A DNA stretch of 64,000 nucleotides, from NCBI RefSeq assembly GCF_009914755.1, contig NC_060930.1; one strand, given 5' to 3'. The notes under the pieces are model-generated. The model did no database searches and was not told the origin of the DNA. It saw nothing but the letters and a program-made list of their open reading frames with translations. Origin of the DNA: the human T2T-CHM13v2.0 reference genome, Homo sapiens. This document shows, piece after piece, positions 18,950 through 32,610 of this stretch. Position numbers and translations under genes: made by a program. Each line of letters starts with the position of its first letter. The stretch's first letter is position 1.

Positions 18950-20908
18950 TAAACAAAATGGACAAAAATCAATTGTATTTCTATACACTAGCAATAAACA
19001 ATCTGAAAATAACATTAAAATTAAGGAAATTTTTCTAAAAAATTGTATTTTAAATAGCATTAAAATTATAAAATACTTAAGAATAAGTTTTTAAAAGGAG
19101 TGCAAGACTTGTACAGTGCAAAATATTGTTGATTGAAATTAAGATGATTGAAATAAATGAAAATAAATTCATGTTCATGGATCTGTTCATGGAATTAATA
19201 TTCTTATGATAGCAATACTTCCCACACTGCTGTACATACTCATACACATTTCTATCTAATAATTTTTTGCAGGTATTTACAAATATAGCCTAAAATTTAC
19301 CAAAAAACTGTACTTGGGAACCAGTATAGTCAAAGAATCTTGAAAAAGAAGAAAATAGGACTCACCTTCACAATTTTAAAACTTACTACAAATCTAAATT
19401 CCTATATGAATATAGTATTTATATACTGTATTATTGTACATAGATATATAGTATATAAAATACATAATATATAATATATAATTTATAATGCTGTATACAA
19501 ATATACAGCATTATATATTATTTGCTATAATACTGAATATAGTACTCAAGACAGTATGACACTCCATAGTCTAGCATATAGCTCAATGGAATAGAATCGA
19601 GGGTTCAGATATACAACCCTATACTTATGGTAAATTGATCTTCAACAAGAGTAACAAGTCAATTCAATGGGAAAATAGTAGAGTTTCTAACAAATGGTGC
19701 TCATACAACTGTATATCAACATGCAATGGAATGAATTTAGATCCCTACCTCAAACCATAATTAAAATAACTCAAAATATATTATAGACAAAAATATAAGG
19801 AAGAAACCTACAGAGGTTTCAGAAGAAAACATAGGTGAAATCTTTGTTACCTTGCATTAGGCACTGTGTTCTTAAGCTATGACACCAAAAACAAAACACA
19901 CACAAGAGAAGATAAATTAATTGAACATCATCAAAATTAAAAATGCGTGTACTTTAAAAAATACTATTAGGAAGATATAAATACAAACCAAAGAACGAGA
20001 GAAAACTTTTGCAAAATATATATCTGATGAGATACTTTTATCTAGAATATATAAAAACTTCTTACAACTCAAAATTAAAAGACAACCTCATTTCTTAAAA
20101 AAAAACAGTAACAGACTTGAATAGATATTTCAGCAAAGAAGATATGCAGATAATAATTAACAACATGGAAATATGTTCAGGACCATTGGTCTTTATGGAA
20201 ATGCAAGTCAAATCCACAATAAAATTTTACTGTAAACACACAAGGATAACTAAAATATAAAGAACAGGGAATAATAATGTTGAAGAAAATATGGAGAAAT
20301 TAAAACTCTTTTGTGTCATTGGTGTGGAATTGTAAAATGGTTCTGCCACATTGTAAAACAATTGTACAGTTCCTGAAAACAGAAAACAGAGTTAATAAGC
20401 TCACTAGAATTGTCTGCCAAACACTTGCACACCAATGTGGACAGAAGCATTTTTCATAAAAGCCAAAAAGTGGGAATAACCCAATGCTCTTCAACTTATG
20501 AATGGATAAACAGAATGTGATATATCCGCACAATGGAATATTATTCAGCAATAAAAGTGAGGTACTGATACATGCTTTAACGTAAATGAATCTTGAAAAC
20601 ATTATGCTTAATGAAAGAAGCCAGTTACAAAATACCACATATGATTCAATTTATATGAAATATAATTTAATAGGCGAATCCATAAAGACAGAAAATAGAT
20701 TAATGTTTGTCAAAGGATGGAACAGAATGACTGCTAACAGTTTTGCCATGTTTTGGGGGATTATTGGCTAAAAAAAAGTTCCAAAATTAGATGATGCCAA
20801 TGAGTGCACAATTCTGTCAATATAACAAAAAACCACTGAGTTGTATACTTTAAAAGAGTTATTTTATAGTATGTAAAGTATATTTCAATAGGTTTTGTTA
20901 TTTAAAAA
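18950..20908 (+). mobile_element. L1MB/MC-like ORF2 end plus 3' UTR
   Basis: 'caaaaatcaattgtatttctatacactagcaat' through 3' UTR 'gaaaacattatgcttaatgaaagaagccag'. Confidence 0.8.
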
Positions 20909-20909
20909 A

Positions 20910-23900
20910 GGAAGCTGGAGGAAAGACTACAGAGGTATTTTAGGTAGAGATATGGAGAATATAAGAAAAAAACTAAACTTCTAGAGATGACAATTACAAA
21001 GCTTGTGAAACCTGGAAATGATTAACAATAGATTTCACATTGTATAAAAAAAGTAGTTAGCGTACTCAAAGACACAGCAATAGAAACCTTATACAATTAA
21101 GTATTGAGAGAAAAACTGAAAACATGAATATAGCATTAGTAAGCTCCGAGGTACATTCAGTATAATATAGGAAATCTGGACATTTGCAAAGGTATGCAGA
21201 ACACCAAACATAGTAATTATGTCAGCAAATATAATACATATTTTTCTTGTATTATTTAATTCTACGTAAAAACAATTGACTGTTTAAAGCAAAAATAAGG
21301 ACAGCATTTGTAACACATAAAGTAAAATGTGTTATCAACAAAGTTTAGGCTGGAGCAAGAAGTGCAGCAGGCAAGAAATGAAGTTGTATGGTTTTAAGGT
21401 TCTCATACCATGCGGGAAGTAGTACAAAAATCACTTGACAAAGACTATGATAAGTTGGATATAGATGCTATCAAACCTAAATTATCCATTTAAAACACAC
21501 ACTAAAATGTGTTAGCTAATAGGCAATAAAGAACATACAATGCATTTCTAAAAAATTACTCAGTAAAATAAAGCAAATATAAATTTAAAAAGAGGAAAAA
21601 TATTAGATGAAACAAGTAGAAAACGAATGGCAAGTTCTACCAAGTTAATAAACTTATTAAAGGCAAATGCTCTAAACATTACAGTTTAAAGACACAGAGA
21701 GATTGGATTTAGAAAACTAAGGTCCCAGGGTACATACTGCTTATCAGAAGCCCAAATTAAATGTAACAAACCAAATATGCTAAACAATAGAAGAAATAAA
21801 TGAAGTAAATGAAACAAGTTCAGTCACACTAACAATAGTCAGAAATGAGAATTTATAAATACCACTCAAAACAGTATCAAAACTATGACATGCCCAGGAA
21901 AATGTTTGGAAAAATATGTATAAGACCAACATACTTAAAACTACATAACATTTTTGAGATAAATAAATTGCCAGATATACTGTGTTTGCAAATCAGAAGG
22001 CTCAAGATTGTGAAAATGTCAATCTTTTCAAAATGACCTATTAATTTAATGTAATTCTAACCAAAATCTCAGTGCATTTTTTGTAGACATTTACACACTC
22101 TTTCAAAGATGTATATGGCAATGTAAAGGTTTTACAATAGCTAAAACACCTTTGAAAAAGAACTAAATGAAAGAACTCACAGTATCTAATTTTAGGGCTT
22201 ATTGTAAATCTTCAGTAATCAAGATTGTGGAATTGGTGTCAAGACACACAATTAACCAATGAACAGAAAGGAGAATCCTGAAATAGACCCATAAATATAT
22301 AGTCAATTAATGCTTGACACAAGCATTATGGTAAAGTCATAAGTCAAAGGGGAAATAATACAATCTTCTCAACAACTATTGCTGAAACTATTGGGTACCC
22401 TTATGCAAAAAAACAAAAACTTCAATCCTTATCTCATGCCACATATAAAAATTATTTGAGATGTATCATGACCTAAATGTAAGAGCTACAACTATCAAAC
22501 TTCTAGAAGAAAACATCCGGAAAAAATATTTTTTACCTACGGCTTGGTAAGACATCTTTAAAATGACAAAAAAAAAAAAGCACAAATGCAAAAGGACCAT
22601 TTAAAAAAATAAGTACATTAAAAAAAAAAAGAATTGGATTTCATTAAAGTTACACACTTTTGTTTCTCCAAGAACACTGTTAAGAAAATGAAAGAGGAAG
22701 CCAAGCCAATGAGAAGTATTTGGAAAACATATATCTAAAAATTATTTTTACCTAGAATGCATAAAGCCATGCTATAACCCAGCAATAAGAGAGACAACCT
22801 AGAAAAATAAACAAAAGATTTGTAAAAACTCTTCACCAAGTAAGAAACGCAGATGGTAGGTAATTAAACACATAAAAATATGCTCAGCATCATTAGTCTT
22901 TAGGGAAATGCAAATGCAAATCACAATAAGGTACGGCTGCACATCCACTAGAATGATTTAATTAACAAGGCTATTAATACCTGGTGTTAAATATTGAAGA
23001 TGGAGCACCTGCAACTCTCATACATAACTGGTGAGGTGAGAAAATGGTACAATTACTTTGGAAACACGTTTGTCAGCTACTTAGACAGTTACATACCCAC
23101 AGTATGATCCAACTGTTCTACTCCTAGGTGTTTTTTCAAGAGAAACAAACCAAACCAACAACAACAAAAAACCCCCAAAACAAAAAATGTCATTTCCTCA
23201 AAAACCTAGGTGTAAATGTTTGTGGTGGCTTTTTTTTCATAATTGTTAGAAATTTAAAAATAACCCAAATATCCCTTGACCAGAGAATGAGTAAGTGAAC
23301 TGTGGTACTTATAAAATAGAATAATAACAGAAACAAAAAAAGAATGAATAGGTCAGGCACGATGGCTCACGTCTGTAATCCCAGCAGTTTAGGAGGCCGA
23401 GGAGGGTGGATCACCTGAGGTCAGGAGTTCGAGGCCAGCCTGGCCAACATGGTGAAATACCGTCTCTACTAAAAATACAAAAATTAGCCATGCATGGTGT
23501 TGCACACCTGTAATCCCAGCTACTCAGAAAGGTGAGGCAGGAGAATGGCTTGAACCTGGGAGGCAGGGGTTGCAGTGACCGGAAATGGGGTGATTGTACT
23601 TCAGCCTGGGTGACAGAGTGAGACTGCATCTCAAAAAAAAAAAAAAAAAAAAAAAAGAATGAGTAATTGATACACACAATGTAGTTGAATGTCAACATGT
23701 ATTAGGCTAAATGAAATAGCCAGACTCAAAGGACTGCATACCCTATGATCCTATTTATATGCCATTTTGGCAAGTGCAAAACTATATGAAGACAAAGAAG
23801 ATTAGTGGTTGCCAGGATTTGAGGGCAGAGGGAAAGGTTAACTACAAAATTACACAGGGGAATTTTGGGGAATAATATAGTCCTTCCACATCCTGAGCTG

Positions 23901-23995
23901 GTGGTTACATAACTGTGTGTATCTTGCACAATTCACAGAACTTTGCTTTAAGAAAGCAAAGATTTTTACTGTATGTAATGTATACCTTAAAGAGA
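20910..23995 (+). mobile_element. Ancient L1M (L1MC/ME-like) fragments ending in a 3' UTR
   Basis: Degenerate ORF2 and 3' UTR motifs, e.g. 'gccagactcaaaggactgcatacc' and 'gattagtggttgccagg'. Confidence 0.7.
23351..23656 (+). mobile_element. Alu SINE (AluSx-like)
   Basis: Full Alu with poly(A). TSD aagaatga(a/g)ta. Confidence 0.95.
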
Positions 23996-24390
23996 TAATG
24001 AAAAATAGCCTATAAACCACATCTGGGTCATTTTGTATCTGAATTGATCAAATATGTAGTGATCCTTGGTCAATCAGTCATGGTTATGCATAAAAGACTA
24101 GTCTGATTATTATAGATAGCTATGCAGAAAGATTTTCTCTTGTTGGTCATATTGACAGGTCTTTTTCTTCTCTCTGAGATTTGTGCACTGGACAGAGTAT
24201 AGATCGCTGGCTTAAATTAGGGCATGAAACAGGAAGCAGTCAGACTTCCTCTTCTCTTATAAAATTATAAAGGAAGAAGAGTTTCACTCTTGGGCACCTA
24301 ATCCCAAGCAGGAGGTCTGGCCCTCCTCTGGTTGATTGTGGTACTACAATTTTATCTTTTTGCACAAAGTGGGAGAGGAGAATGAAGTAG

Positions 24391-24849
<459 letters not shown>

Positions 24850-25161
24850 TGAAATCTAGCCATGTGTATGTCTTCTTCTTAATACTTTTACAGCTTTGTT
24901 CTAAAGTGGCCTTCTTTATTCTTTCATTTTAATATTTGGGGAAGAAGTTTGCCCACTTGAAGCAGTATTTAGAACACATGTTTTTGTTTTTGTTTAAATC
25001 TTATTTTTCTTAAAAGTGGAGTCAGTTTATAAAAACTAATTTTAATATGCATGGTATATTTCTTTTTATTTTTATTCATAATATTCTCTTTTGTAAATAG
25101 CACGAAAGTGGAAATTTTCATCCCCAATAGTAAAACTAAACATGTAAGGTAATCTTTCAAT

Positions 25162-25711
25162 TTGTGTATCTGGGTTCTCCAGAAGGACAGAACTAATAAG
25201 ATATATGTATATATGAAAGTGAGTTTATTAAGGAGCATTGACTACACAAGGTGAAATCCCATGATAGATCATCTGCAAGCTGAGGAGCAAGAAAACCAGT
25301 AGTGGCTCAGTCCAAGTCCTAAAGCCTCAAAAGTAGGGAAGCTGACAGTGCAGTCTTTAGTATGTGGCTGAAGGCCTGAGAGCCCCCGACAAATCACTCA
25401 TGTAAGTCCAGGAGTCCAAAGGTCGAAGAACCTGGAGTCTAATGTTCAAGGGCAGGAAGCATCCAGCAGGGGAGAAAGATGAAAGCCAGAAGACTCAGCA
25501 AGTCAACTTCTTCCACCTTCTTCTGCCTGCTTTTTCTAACTGTGCTGGTAGCTGATTGGATGGTGCCCATCCACATTGAGGGTCGGTCTTCCTCTCCCAT
25601 TCCACTGACTCAAATGTTAATCTCCTCTGCAACACCCTCACAGACACACCCAGAAACAATACTTTGCATCCTTCAATTCAATCAAGTTGACACTTAATAT
25701 TGACCATTACA
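25162..25711 (-). mobile_element. MLT2 (B-like) ERVL solo LTR
   Basis: 'gggttctccagaaggacagaactaa...gagtttattaaggag...caatcaagttgacacttaatattgaccattaca'. Confidence 0.88.
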
Positions 25712-25904
25712 AATTGTCTTTTCCCTTTTTATTACTTAATGTTTGCAAACTCATTACTTTCACCCTTTTAAATTTATGCAATTTATCTCTTTATACAACC
25801 TTCATGACCCATTTTTTCAAATTCCATGTATTCTTGCAAGTTCCTCTTTCTCTTAATTTTTAGATGTCTCTAGCTTGTTTCTTTTAAATGTTGTTTTTTT
25901 CATC

Positions 25905-28790
25905 TAATTTCTTTTTATTTTCTTAAATTTTTGTGGGTACACAGTAGGTGTATAGATTTATGGGGTACCTGAAATGTTTATACAGGCATGAAATGCAACA
26001 TAGGCACATCATGGAAAATGGAGTTTCCATTCCCTCAAGCTTTTATCCTTTGAGTTACAATCCAATTACATTCTTTTATTTTAAAATGTACAATTAAGTT
26101 ATTATTGACTGTAGTCACCCTATTATGCTATCAAATGGTAGGTCTTATTCATTTAAAAAAATTTTTTTTGCACCCATTATCCATCCCCACCTGCTCTCCA
26201 GCCCCCCACTACACTTCCCAACTTCTGGTAACTACCCTTTTACTTTCTATGTCCATGGGTTCAATTCGTTTGATTTTTAGATCCCACAAATAAGTGAGAA
26301 CATGTGATGTTTGTCTTTCTGTGCCTGGCTTATTTCACTTAATGTAATAATCTCCAGTTCCATCCATGTCGTAGAAAATGACAGGATCTCATTCTTTTTA
26401 TGGCTGAATAGTACTCCATTGTGTATATGCACCACATTTTCTTTATCCATTCATCTGTTGATGGACACTTAGGTTGCTTCCAATACTTAGCTATTGTGAA
26501 CAGTGCTGCAAACAAACATAGGAGTACAGATATCTTTTCAATATGTTGATTTCCTTTCTTTTGGGTATATACCCAGCAGTGGGATTTCTGGATCATATGG
26601 TAGCTCAAGTTTTTGTTTTTTCAGGAACCTCAAAACTGTTCTCCATAGTGTTTGTACAAATTTATATTCTCACCAACAGTGTACAAGGGTTCTCTTTTCT
26701 CCACATCCTTGCCAGTATATTGCCTTTCTTTTGGATATAAGCCATTTTAACTGGGGCAAGATAATATCTCATTGTAGTTTTGATTTGCATTTCTCTGATA
26801 ATCAGTGTTGGGCACCTTTTCATATGCCTGTTTGCCATTTGTATGTCTTCTTAGTCTGAGTTTCATAGTCTCAGTTTCATAGTCTGATGTCTTAGATTTA
26901 AGTCTTTAATCCATTTTGTTTCGATTTTTGTATACGGCAAGAGATAGGGGTCTAGTTTCATTCTTTTACATATGGATATCCAGCTTTCCCAGCCCCATTT
27001 ATTAAAGAAACTGTCTTTTCCCGAGTGCATGTTCTTGGCAACTTCGTCAAAAATAAGTTTACTGTAAGTGTGTGGATTTGTTTCTGGATTCTCTATTCCG
27101 TTACATTTGTTATGTGTCTGTTTTTATGCCAGTACCATGCTGTTTTGGTTATTATCACTCTGCTCAGTGGTATAATTTGTAGCCAGGTAATGTGATCCTC
27201 CCAGTTTTGTTCTTTTTGCTTAGAATAGCTTTTTTTTTTTTTTTTTTTTTAATTCTGGGCCATTTGTGGTTCCATATAAATTATAGAATTGTTTTTTGTT
27301 TTTCTATTTCTGTGAAGAATGTCATTGGTATTTTGATAGTGATTGCATTTAATATGTAGGTTGCTTTGGGGAGTTTGGACATTTTAACAATATTGAGTCT
27401 TCCAATCCATGAACACGGAATATTTTTCAACTTTTTTCTGACCTCATCAATTTCATTAAGTTTTATAGTTTTTATTGCAGAGATCTTTCACTTTGTGAGT
27501 TAAGTTAATTGCTAGGTTTGCAATTTTATGTGTGGCTATTGAAACTGGGATTACTTTTTAGTTTCTTTTTCACATTGTTCACTGTTGGCATAGAGAAATG
27601 CTACTGATTTGTGTATGTTGATTTTGTACCCTTTACTGAATTTGTTCATCAGTTCTAATAGTTTTAAATTTTATCAACTTTGCTAAATTTGTTTATCAAT
27701 TCTAATCATTTTTTGTGAAGTCTTTTGGTTTTTCCAAATATAAGACCATATTATCTGCAAACAAGGATAATTTGACTTCTTCCTTTCTAATTTGAATGCC
27801 CTTTATTTCCTCATCTTGTCTGATGGCTCCAGCTAGGTGCCATGGTACTGGTACTGGAAGTCCTAGCTGTCACATATGGCGTTTATTGTGTGGAGGTATG
27901 TTCCTTCTAAAGTCCATTTTGTGGAGATTTTTTTTTATTATGAAGGGATGTTGAATTTTATCAAATGTGTTTTCAGCACCAATTGAAACGGTCATATGGT
28001 TCTTGTCCTTTATTCTGTTGTTATGATGTATCACAATGATTTATTTGCGTATGTTGAACCATTCTTGCATCCCAGGGATAAATTCCACTTGGTCATGATG
28101 AATGATATTGCTAATGTATTGTTGAGTTCAACTTGCTAGTGTTTTGTTGAGGATTTTTGTATGAATATTTATTAGAGATATTGGCCTATGGTTTTCTTTT
28201 CTTGATATGTCTTTGTTCTATATTGGTATTGAGGTAATACTGGCCTCATAGAATGAGTTTTGAAGTATTACCTCCTCCTCTATTTCTTGGAATAGTTTGA
28301 TTAGGATTGATATTAGTTGTTCTTTAAATGTTTGGTGGAATTCAGCAGTGAAGCCATCAGGTCCTGGACTTATCTTTACTAGGAGAATTTATTATGGCCT
28401 CAATCTCATTACTTATTATTGGTCTGTTCAGGTTTTGTATTTTATCCTGGTTCAATATTGGTAGGTTGCATCTGTCTAGGAATGTGTCCATTTCTTCTAG
28501 ATTTTCCAATACATTGGCATATAGTTGCTCAGAGTAGCCATTAATGATCGTATGAACTTCTGAAGTATTGTAATATCTCTTTTTTTGTTTTGATTTTATT
28601 TGTTTGGGTCTTCTCTCTTTTTTCTTAGTCTGGCTATAGGTTTGTCAATTTTGTTTAACTCTTTAAGAAACCAACATTTTCTTACACTGATCTTTTTTAT
28701 TTTTTAATTTCAATTTCACTTATTTTCCTCTGACATTTATTATTTCTTTTCTTCTACTAATTTTGGGTTTGATTTGCTCTTGCTTTTCTA
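25905..28790 (-). mobile_element. L1MA1/2-like element, 5'-truncated, with internal rearrangements
   Basis: 3' end 'tttttgtgggtacacagtaggtgtatag'. ORF2 remnant '[27 protein letters not shown]'. Confidence 0.88.
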
Positions 28791-29113
28791 AATATTGATT
28801 CTACACACTTTTTCCATATTTTTTTCCGTAAACAACTTTGTTTTATTTTTATTTATTTTTTATTATACTTTAAGTTCTAGGATACATGTGCACAATGTGC
28901 AGGTTCGTTACATAGGTATACATGTGCCATGTTGGTTTGCTGCACCCATCAACTCATGATTTACATTAAGTATTTCTCTTAATGGTATCCCTCCCCCAGC
29001 CCACCACCTCCTGAGAGGCCCCAGTGTGTGATGTTCCCCACCGTGTGTCCATGTGTTCTCATTGTTCAATTCCCACCTCTGAGTGAGAACACGCAGTGTT
29101 TGGTTTTCTGTCC

Positions 29114-31521
29114 TCATGATAGTTTGCTGAGAATGATGGTTTCCAGCTTCATCCATGTCCCTGCATAGGACATGAACTCATCCTTTTTTATGGCTGCATA
29201 GTATTCCATGGTATATATGTGCCACATTTTCTTAATCCAGTCTATCTTTGATGGACATCTGGGTTGGTTCCAAGTCTTTGCTATTGTGAATAGTGCCGCA
29301 AGAAACATATGTGTGCATGTGTCTTTATAGTAGCATGATTTATAATTCTTTGGGTATATACCCAGTAATGGGATCACTGGGTCAAATGGTATTTCTAGTT
29401 CTAGATCCTTGAGGAATTGCCACACTGTCTTCCACAATGGTTGAACTAGTTTACAGTCCCACCAACAGTGTAAAAGTGTTCCTATTTCTCCACATCCTCT
29501 CCAGCATCTGTTGTTTCCTGACTTTTTAATGATCGCCATTCTAACTGGCATGAGATGGTATCTCATTGTGGTTTTGATTTGCATTTCTCTGATGACAAAT
29601 GATGATGAGCATTTTTTCATGTGTCTGTTGGCTGCATAAATGTCTTCTTTTGAAAAGTGTCTGTTCATATCCTTTGCCCACTTTTTGATGGGGTTGTTTG
29701 TTTTTTTTCTTGTAAATTTGTTTAAGTTCTTTGTAGATTCTGGATGTTAGCCCTTTGTCAGATGGGTAGATTGCAAAAATTTTCTCCCATTCTGTAGGTT
29801 GCCTTTTCACTCTGATGGTAGTTTCTTTTGCTGTGCAGAATCTCTTTTGTTTAATTAGATCCCATTTGCCTATTTTGGCTTTTGTTGCCAATGCTTTTGG
29901 TGTTTTAGTCATGAAGTCTTTGCCCATGCCTATGTCCTGAATGATATTGCCTAGGTTTTCTTCTATGGTTTTTATGGCTTTAGGTGTAACATTGAAGTCT
30001 TTAATCCATCTTGAATTTTTTTGTGTGTGAGGCGTAAGGAAGGGATCCATTTTCAGCTTTCTACATATGGCTAGTCAGTTTTCCCAGCATAACAGGGAAT
30101 CCTTTACCCATTTCTTGTTTTTGTCAAGTTTGTCAAAGATCAGATGGTTGTAGATGTGCGATGTTATTTCTCAGGCCTCTGTTCTATTCCATCGGTCTAC
30201 ATATCTGTTTTGGTACCGGTAACATGCTGTTTTGGTTACTGTAGCCTTGTAGTATAGTTTGAAGTCAGGTAGTGTGATGCCTCCAGCTTTGTTCTTTTTG
30301 CTTAGGTTTGTCTTGGCAATATGGGCTCTTTTTGGTTCCATATGAACTTTAAAGTAGTTTTTTCCAATTCTGTGAAGAAAGTCATTGGTAGCTTGTTGGG
30401 GATGGCATTGAATCTATCAATTACCTTGGGCAGTATGGCTATTTTCACAATATTGATTCTTCCTATCCATAAGCATGGAATGTTCTTACATTTGTTTGTA
30501 TCCTCTTTTATTTTGTTGAGCAGTGGTTTGTAGTTCTCCTTGAAGAGGTCCTTCACATCCCTTGTAAGTTGGATTCCTAGATATTTTGTTCTCTTTGTAG
30601 CAATTGTGAATGGGAGTTTACTCATGATTTGCCTCTCTGTTCATCTGTTATTGGTGTATAGGAATGCTTTTGATTTTTGCACATTGATTTTTATATCCTG
30701 AGACTTTGCTGAAGTTGCTTATCAGCTCAAGGAGATTTTGGGCTGAGATGATGGGGTTTTCTAAATATACAATCATGTCATCCGCAAACAGGGACAATTT
30801 GACTTCCTCTTTTCCTAATTGAATGCACTTTATTTCTTTCTCTTGCCTGATTGCCCTGGCCAGAACTTCCAACACTATGTTGAATAGGAGTGGTGAGAGA
30901 GGGCATCCTTGTCTTGTGCCGGTTTTCAAAGGGAATGCTGCCAGTTGTACATTCTTTTGATTTGGGGTGAAGAGTTCGGCAGATGTCTATTAGGTCTGCT
31001 TGGTGCAGAGCTCAGTTCAAGTCCTGGATATCCTTGTTAAAACTCTGTCTTGTTGATCTGTCTAAAACTAACAGTGGGGTGTTAAAGACTCCCATTATTA
31101 TTGTGTGGTAGTCTAAGTCTCTTTGTAGGTCTCTAAGGACTTGCTTTATGAATCTGGGTGCTCTTGTATTGGGTGCATATATATTTAAGATAGTTAGCTC
31201 TTCTTGTTGAATTGATCCCTTTATCATTATGTAATGGCCTTCTTTGTCACTTTTCATCTTTGTTGGTTTAAAGTCTACTTTATCAGAGACTAGGATTGCA
31301 ACCCCTGCTTTTTTTTGCTTTCCAATTGCTTGGTAGATCTGCCTCCATCCCTTTATTTTGAGCGTATGTGTGTCTCTGCATGTGAGATGGGTCTCCTGAA
31401 TACAGCACACTGAAGGATCTTGACTCTTCATCCAATTTGCCAGTCTGTGTCTTTTAATTGGAGCATTTAGCCCATTTACATTTATGGTTAATATTATTAT
31501 TTGTGAATTTGATCCTGTCAT
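29114..31521 (-). pseudogene. L1 ORF2p, disrupted and internally deleted
   Basis: 'MTGSNSQIIILTINVNGLNAPIKR' (EN) is joined near 30945 to '[12 protein letters not shown]...[12 protein letters not shown]' (RT). C-terminus '[10 protein letters not shown]'. Confidence 0.93.
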
Positions 31522-31582
31522 TATGATGTAGCTGGTTATTTTGCCTGTTAATTGATGCAGTTTCTTCATAGCATCGATGGTC

Positions 31583-32610
31583 TTACAATTTGGCATGTTT
31601 TTGCAATGGCTGGTACTGGTTGTTCCTTTCCATGCTTAGTGCTTCCTTCAGGAGCTCTTGTAAGGCAGGCCTGGTGGTGACAAAATCTCTCAGCATTTGC
31701 TTGTCTATAAAGGACTTTATTTCTCCTTCATTTATGAAGCTTAGTTTGGCTGGATATGAAATTCTGGGTTGAAAATTCTTTTGTTTAAGAGTGTTGAATA
31801 TTGGCCCCCACTCTCTTCTGGCTTGTAGGGTTTCTGCTGAGAGATCTTCTGTTTGTTTGACGGGCTTCCCTTTGTGGGTAACCCGACCTTTCTCTCTGGC
31901 TGCACTTAACATGTTTTCCTTCATTTCAACCTTGGTGAATCTGACAATTATGTGTCTTGGTGTTGCTCTTCTCAAGGAGTATCTTTGTGGTGTTCTCTGT
32001 ATTTCCTGAATTTGAATGCTGGCCTGCCTTGCTAGGTTGGGGAAGTTCTCCTGGATAGTATCCTGAAGTGTGTTTTCCACCTTAGTAACATTCTCCATGT
32101 CACTTTCAGGTACACCAATCAGACGTAGATTTGGTCTTTTCACATAGTCCCATATTTCTTGGAGGCTTTGTTCGTTTTTTTTTTTTTAACTCTTTTTTAT
32201 CTAAACTTGTCTTCTTGCTTTATTTCATTAATTTGATCTTCAATCACTGATATCCTTTCTTCCAGTTGATCGAATCAGCTATTGAAGCTTGTGCGTGCAT
32301 CACAAAATTCTCGTGCCATGGTTTTCAGCTCCATGAGGTCATTTAAGGTCTTCTCTACACTGTTTATTCTAGTTAGCCATTTGTCTAACCTTTTTTCAAA
32401 GTTTTTAGCTTCCTTGTGATGGGTTAGAAAATGCTCCTTTAGCTCAGAGAATTTTGTTATTACCGACCTTCTGAAGCCTACTTCCGTCAACTCGTCAAAG
32501 TCAATCTCCGTCCAGCTTTGTTCCATTGCTGGTGAGGAGCTGTGATCCTTTGGAGAAGAGGTGCTTTGGTTTTTAGAATTTTCAGCTTTTCTGCTCTGGT
32601 TTCTCCCCAT
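31583..32610 (-). pseudogene. L1 ORF1p, disrupted
   Basis: 'MGRNQSRKAENSKNQ...' (32610-32275) and 'KRPNLRLIGVPE...RPALQELLKEAL...QKHAKL' (32143-31583), separated by a stop and a frameshift. Confidence 0.93.
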
